Shown here: in pieces, positions 60,980-64,000 of the stretch
Position numbering within the stretch: the stretch's first letter is position 1
How the letters are laid out: every line of letters begins with the position of its first letter
Source: a virus
IMG/VR virus record: IMGVR_UViG_3300048837_000398
Location: 1 to 64,000 of that record
Reading direction: 5' to 3' (one strand)
Length of the DNA stretch: 64,000 nt
Notes under the pieces: generated by a model
Databases searched by the model: none
Seen by the model: the letters and a program-made list of their open reading frames with translations, nothing else
What the model was told of the DNA's origin: nothing
Made by a program: the position numbers and the translations under genes

Positions 60980-61972
60980 ATGGACAAGCAAATAACACTC
61001 GACGACATCTTCGACGATAACTATACTTCACCAGAACCAATCGAAGAACCAATCGAAGAACCCATCGAAGAACCCATCGAGCCTACTGACATCGACGACA
61101 CCTCAGAAGTACGCAAAGCATACTTCGATTTCTTAGTCGAAAATGAAGTTCTCGATCTCCCTTCAGAATTCGAATACGACGGTTCTTCCGAGAAACTTCA
61201 AGAAGCGCTAGAGCTAGCCAAAACAAACCAACAGAAAAAGATCGTCGAAAGCTTTTGGAACACTCTTCCCGAGGATCTACGCGAAGCATACGAATTTGTT
61301 TCGGCTAACAACGCAACTCTCGAAGATTACTACGAATCTCGCCTACAAAATCCAGCTACTCTAGACCTTTCGCGTCCAGAGAATCAGCGCAAAATTGTCG
61401 AACGATTCTTAAAAGAAACTACGCGCTTTTCACCCGAAAAGATTAAACGCACCATTACGTCGTACGAAGAAGACGGCATCTTAGATGCTGAAGCGTCGGA
61501 TGCAGCTGCTGAACTCGAAGTGCTTTTCGAACAGCAAAATGAACAGCGTCAACAACAGCTCGCAAAACAAGCTGCAGATGCTGAAAAGCAACGCAAAGAA
61601 TATACTGAAGAGCTAGTGAAAGCTATCAATTCTTCGAGCTTTATTCATCCGACTCGTCGCGAAAAAGTGCGTTCCTTTTTCTTTTCACCGATCAAACAAA
61701 ACAACGAGCAGACAACAGCTTTCAACCTTACAGTGCAGAACATTCTTGCTAACCCAGAACATCAAGCTCAACTCGCAGATTTACTTTTAGATTATTCTGC
61801 GTCGCAAGGATTTTCACTCGAGCGTTTCGAGAAACGTGTTAAAGCTCGCGCAACATCTACGTTTAAAGACGATCTCGATCGAGCTCTCGATCCTAAACGT
61901 AAAGCAGGGACTCCTGCAAAAGTTAATAAAACTGACACTACAGAATTTTTAGAAAACTGACTTAAAAACTAA
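60980..61972 (+). CDS. Acidic scaffold-like protein between portal and capsid
   Basis: Acidic and coiled-coil with PIEE repeats. Reading through TGA at 61958 ends the gene at a TAA overlapping the capsid ATG. Confidence 0.7.
61034..61084 (+). repeat. 12-bp tandem repeats encoding EPIE
   Basis: GAACC(A/C)ATCGAA repeated about four times. Confidence 0.8.
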
Positions 61973-62713
61973 TGCCAACACCACAATCCTCTCTAATTAT
62001 CAAGAAGCTCGAAGGCTTCGGTGGCAACTACGTAGACTCTGACTATCTGTCATCTGCTTACGAAATTGGTAAACCACACCTTATTGAAGGCGCACTAATG
62101 AAGATCTATTCTTCGCGCTCACGTTTCTTCGGCCTCAAGCCCCTGCTCTCTATGACAGGTGGTACAGGTAACGTAATGGAAGTTCCTACTGATATCTATC
62201 GCTGGCGTCTGTCTGGTGCTGACGAGCGCACTTTCCGCTCTGTCGAGAACCTCGAATCAGGCAACACTACTCCAGGTCTCAATGGCACTACTTTCCGCAT
62301 CAAGCTCGACGTAGACTACGTTCACTATCCTGACGTACTTTTCGGCGAAGATAACGAACTGCCTCTCGCTATTGTAGACGGTCCTGTACCAGATGGCACT
62401 GGCTTCGTTTACACCGTGCGTATCCAGTCTGACAATCCTACGCTGTTCTTCCCTTCCTCACTTCTTGAGCCAGGTCGTCAGTTCAACAAAGTTTGGACTT
62501 CGACTCCTTCTGAAGCTAACAAATGGTACGGAACGATGCAAGCTCCTAACACGTTCGAACTCGAATCACAACTCGGTTTCTTCTCACAAGGTATCGAAGT
62601 TACTGACCGCGCTCTTCGTGAAGATGGTCGCCTCTCTATCCAGTTCCTTACGGACGGCGGCGAATCTATCAACAAGTTCGTACCTTACTACGAAGCTAAA
62701 ATGCAGGACGAGT
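61972..62713 (+). CDS. Major capsid protein, exon 1
   Basis: Position after portal and scaffold, highly biased codons. The frame ends where AT-rich intron sequence begins. Confidence 0.8.
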
Positions 62714-62809
62714 TAATTATACAGCTCCATTGCCGCGTAATCGGCATTGCAAATTTCTCTAATTCAAAGATAAATTAGAATATTTTTAATCAAAACCACG
62801 TATAAAAGT

Positions 62810-63253
62810 ATGGTCACTGATTACAATATTACGCAAAAGTTAAAAGATGGGTGGATGTCTGGGATTATAGACGGAGAAGGCTGTTTTTACGCCAAACTTG
62901 GATCTAAAACTAAGACATCAGTTTATTGCAGGTTTACTTTAAGAGTGTGCTCGGTTACAATGATTCAGGCATTTTCAACTGAACTAACCAATAAGAAGAT
63001 AAAACACACTATTAGGGAAATCACTAAAACTCAAAAAGAACATCACAGACCTAGCTTTATGCTAGACATTAATACCAAAGCTAGTCTTTTGAAATTCCTA
63101 AGAATTTACTCTGGTAATTTAATCAACAAGAAAGCTGAGGCCACTATGGTGATGGATTTTTTAGAAAAAGCTGTACTAGTAAAACAGTATAAATGTACAG
63201 ACGAAGATTTAGAAATAGTAAACAAACTAAAACATCTCAAAACAATTGCATAA
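62810..63253 (+). CDS. Single-motif LAGLIDADG homing endonuclease (intron-encoded)
   Basis: WMSGIIDGEGCF motif; LINKKAEA. Confidence 0.88.
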   Translation: MVTDYNITQKLKDGWMSGIIDGEGCFYAKLGSKTKTSVYCRFTLRVCSVTMIQAFSTELTNKKIKHTIREITKTQKEHHRPSFMLDINTKASLLKFLRIYSGNLINKKAEATMVMDFLEKAVLVKQYKCTDEDLEIVNKLKHLKTIA

Positions 63254-63312
63254 TTTATTGCTGGGAACTCCTATAAAGGACAATCAGCAGCGAAGTTCAC
63301 AAATCTTTAAAA

Positions 63313-63924
63313 ATGAAATACCACTTAGGACATACGATAGGAAATTTGACGATCACCGACTGGAACGTCAAAAAAGCGTACTACACGTTCGAATGTACTT
63401 GTGGTAGGAATTTCATCGGAACAACCCAAACCATTAAATTCAAAACTACGCAGTTAAACGAAATTGGGTTTACAGGTTGCAAAGTTTGCACGAATGCTCA
63501 TCGCAGAAAAAGTCTCTCAGATGTAGAACTTTTTAGCGCAGTATTTGGCCTCTATAAAAATGGTGCAAACAGACGTAAAAATGTTCCTTTTGAAATTTCA
63601 CTAGAGCAAGCAATTCCACTCTTTAAGGCAGATTGCCATTACTGTGGAGATGCTCCAGCTAATGTGGTTAAAATAGGTAGACGTATAGTTACATATCAGG
63701 GTATAGATCGCATAGATTCTGCACTTGGATATACTACACTTAACGTAGTTCCATGTTGTAAGAAATGCAATTACGCAAAACATGTTTTGTCTTACTCAGA
63801 GTTTATCAACCACATCAAAAAGATTTATGAAAACGTTCAACGACTAGAGCAACCGCTCGTAGACTCAAGTGAGTCGAAATGGGAAGCTCCCGACCTCGAA
63901 AGAGAGGGAGATGATATAGTCTAA
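63313..63924 (+). CDS. Cys-rich HNH-like homing endonuclease (intron-encoded; 3' end overlaps ribozyme core)
   Basis: CTCG, CKVC, CHYCG and GIDRIDSALGYTTLNVVPCCKKCNYAK motifs. Confidence 0.85.
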   Translation: MKYHLGHTIGNLTITDWNVKKAYYTFECTCGRNFIGTTQTIKFKTTQLNEIGFTGCKVCTNAHRRKSLSDVELFSAVFGLYKNGANRRKNVPFEISLEQAIPLFKADCHYCGDAPANVVKIGRRIVTYQGIDRIDSALGYTTLNVVPCCKKCNYAKHVLSYSEFINHIKKIYENVQRLEQPLVDSSESKWEAPDLEREGDDIV

Positions 63925-64000
63925 TCTGCATGGTAACATGCAGCAGTGGTGTGAATAACTTCCACACATCACGGGGTAGGCCTAACGAACCTATTCGAAT

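Larger units (their letters stand above)
62714..64000 (+). mobile_element. Group I intron (IA-like) in the major capsid gene; 3' splice site probably just past the window
   Basis: P1 GAGT/GCTC with U.G pair; TTGCTGGGAA...CAATCAGCAG (P4/P5, 63258-63290); AACGTTCAACGACTA (63832-63846); GATATAGTC (63913-63921); P9 CTGCATG-GTAA-CATGCAG. Confidence 0.88.

Noticed and set aside
1-64000. TAG or TAA reassignment; DGR, retron, integrase or rRNA
   Set aside because: TAG and TAA end genes at sensible boundaries. I saw no reverse transcriptase, recombinase or rRNA signature.
1-64000. Apparent excess of TCGA, CTAG and AGCT palindromes
   Set aside because: Visual impression only. It may follow from codon preferences (CTC/TTC GAx, CTA Gxx) and needs a codon-aware k-mer test.

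Overview
This window is about two thirds of a Crassvirales (crAss-like) phage genome. The host is probably Bacteroidota, inferred from TATCTTTG -7 promoter boxes, lipoprotein and Q-rule signal peptides, and Bacteroidota-type GH73 enzymes. Layout: (1) 1-11 kb, + strand: virion RNA polymerase, a giant zincin/PD-(D/E)XK protein and a holin-like gene. (2) 11-46 kb, - strand: replication genes (PolA, primase, DnaB, SF2 helicase, ERF, SSB, UDG, nucleases) and an accessory/early region (MoxR AAA plus vWA, AAA ATPase, peptidoglycan hydrolases, many small ORFs). (3) 46-64 kb, + strand: GroES, tmRNA, tRNAs, GroEL with an intein, terminase with an intein, portal, scaffold-like protein and a major capsid gene split by a group I intron. 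The standard-code ORF track fragments many genes because TGA is read as sense. I found 24 internal in-frame TGAs, several at conserved Trp positions, in replication, lysis-like and virion genes. Genes at about 30-46 kb still appear to use TGA as a stop. The phage encodes its own UCA-anticodon tRNA, but its body looks Ser/Sec-like rather than Trp-like. It also carries a compact tmRNA with a 36-aa non-canonical tag and an HNH-type gene in a 17-bp duplication at its 3' end, tRNA-like RNAs with aberrant anticodon arms, a type II hammerhead ribozyme, a roughly 345-nt unassigned structured RNA behind its own promoter, a class 3 intein in the GroEL ATP-binding motif, and an intron with two different homing endonucleases. 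All calls are from manual reading; no searches or folding programs were run.
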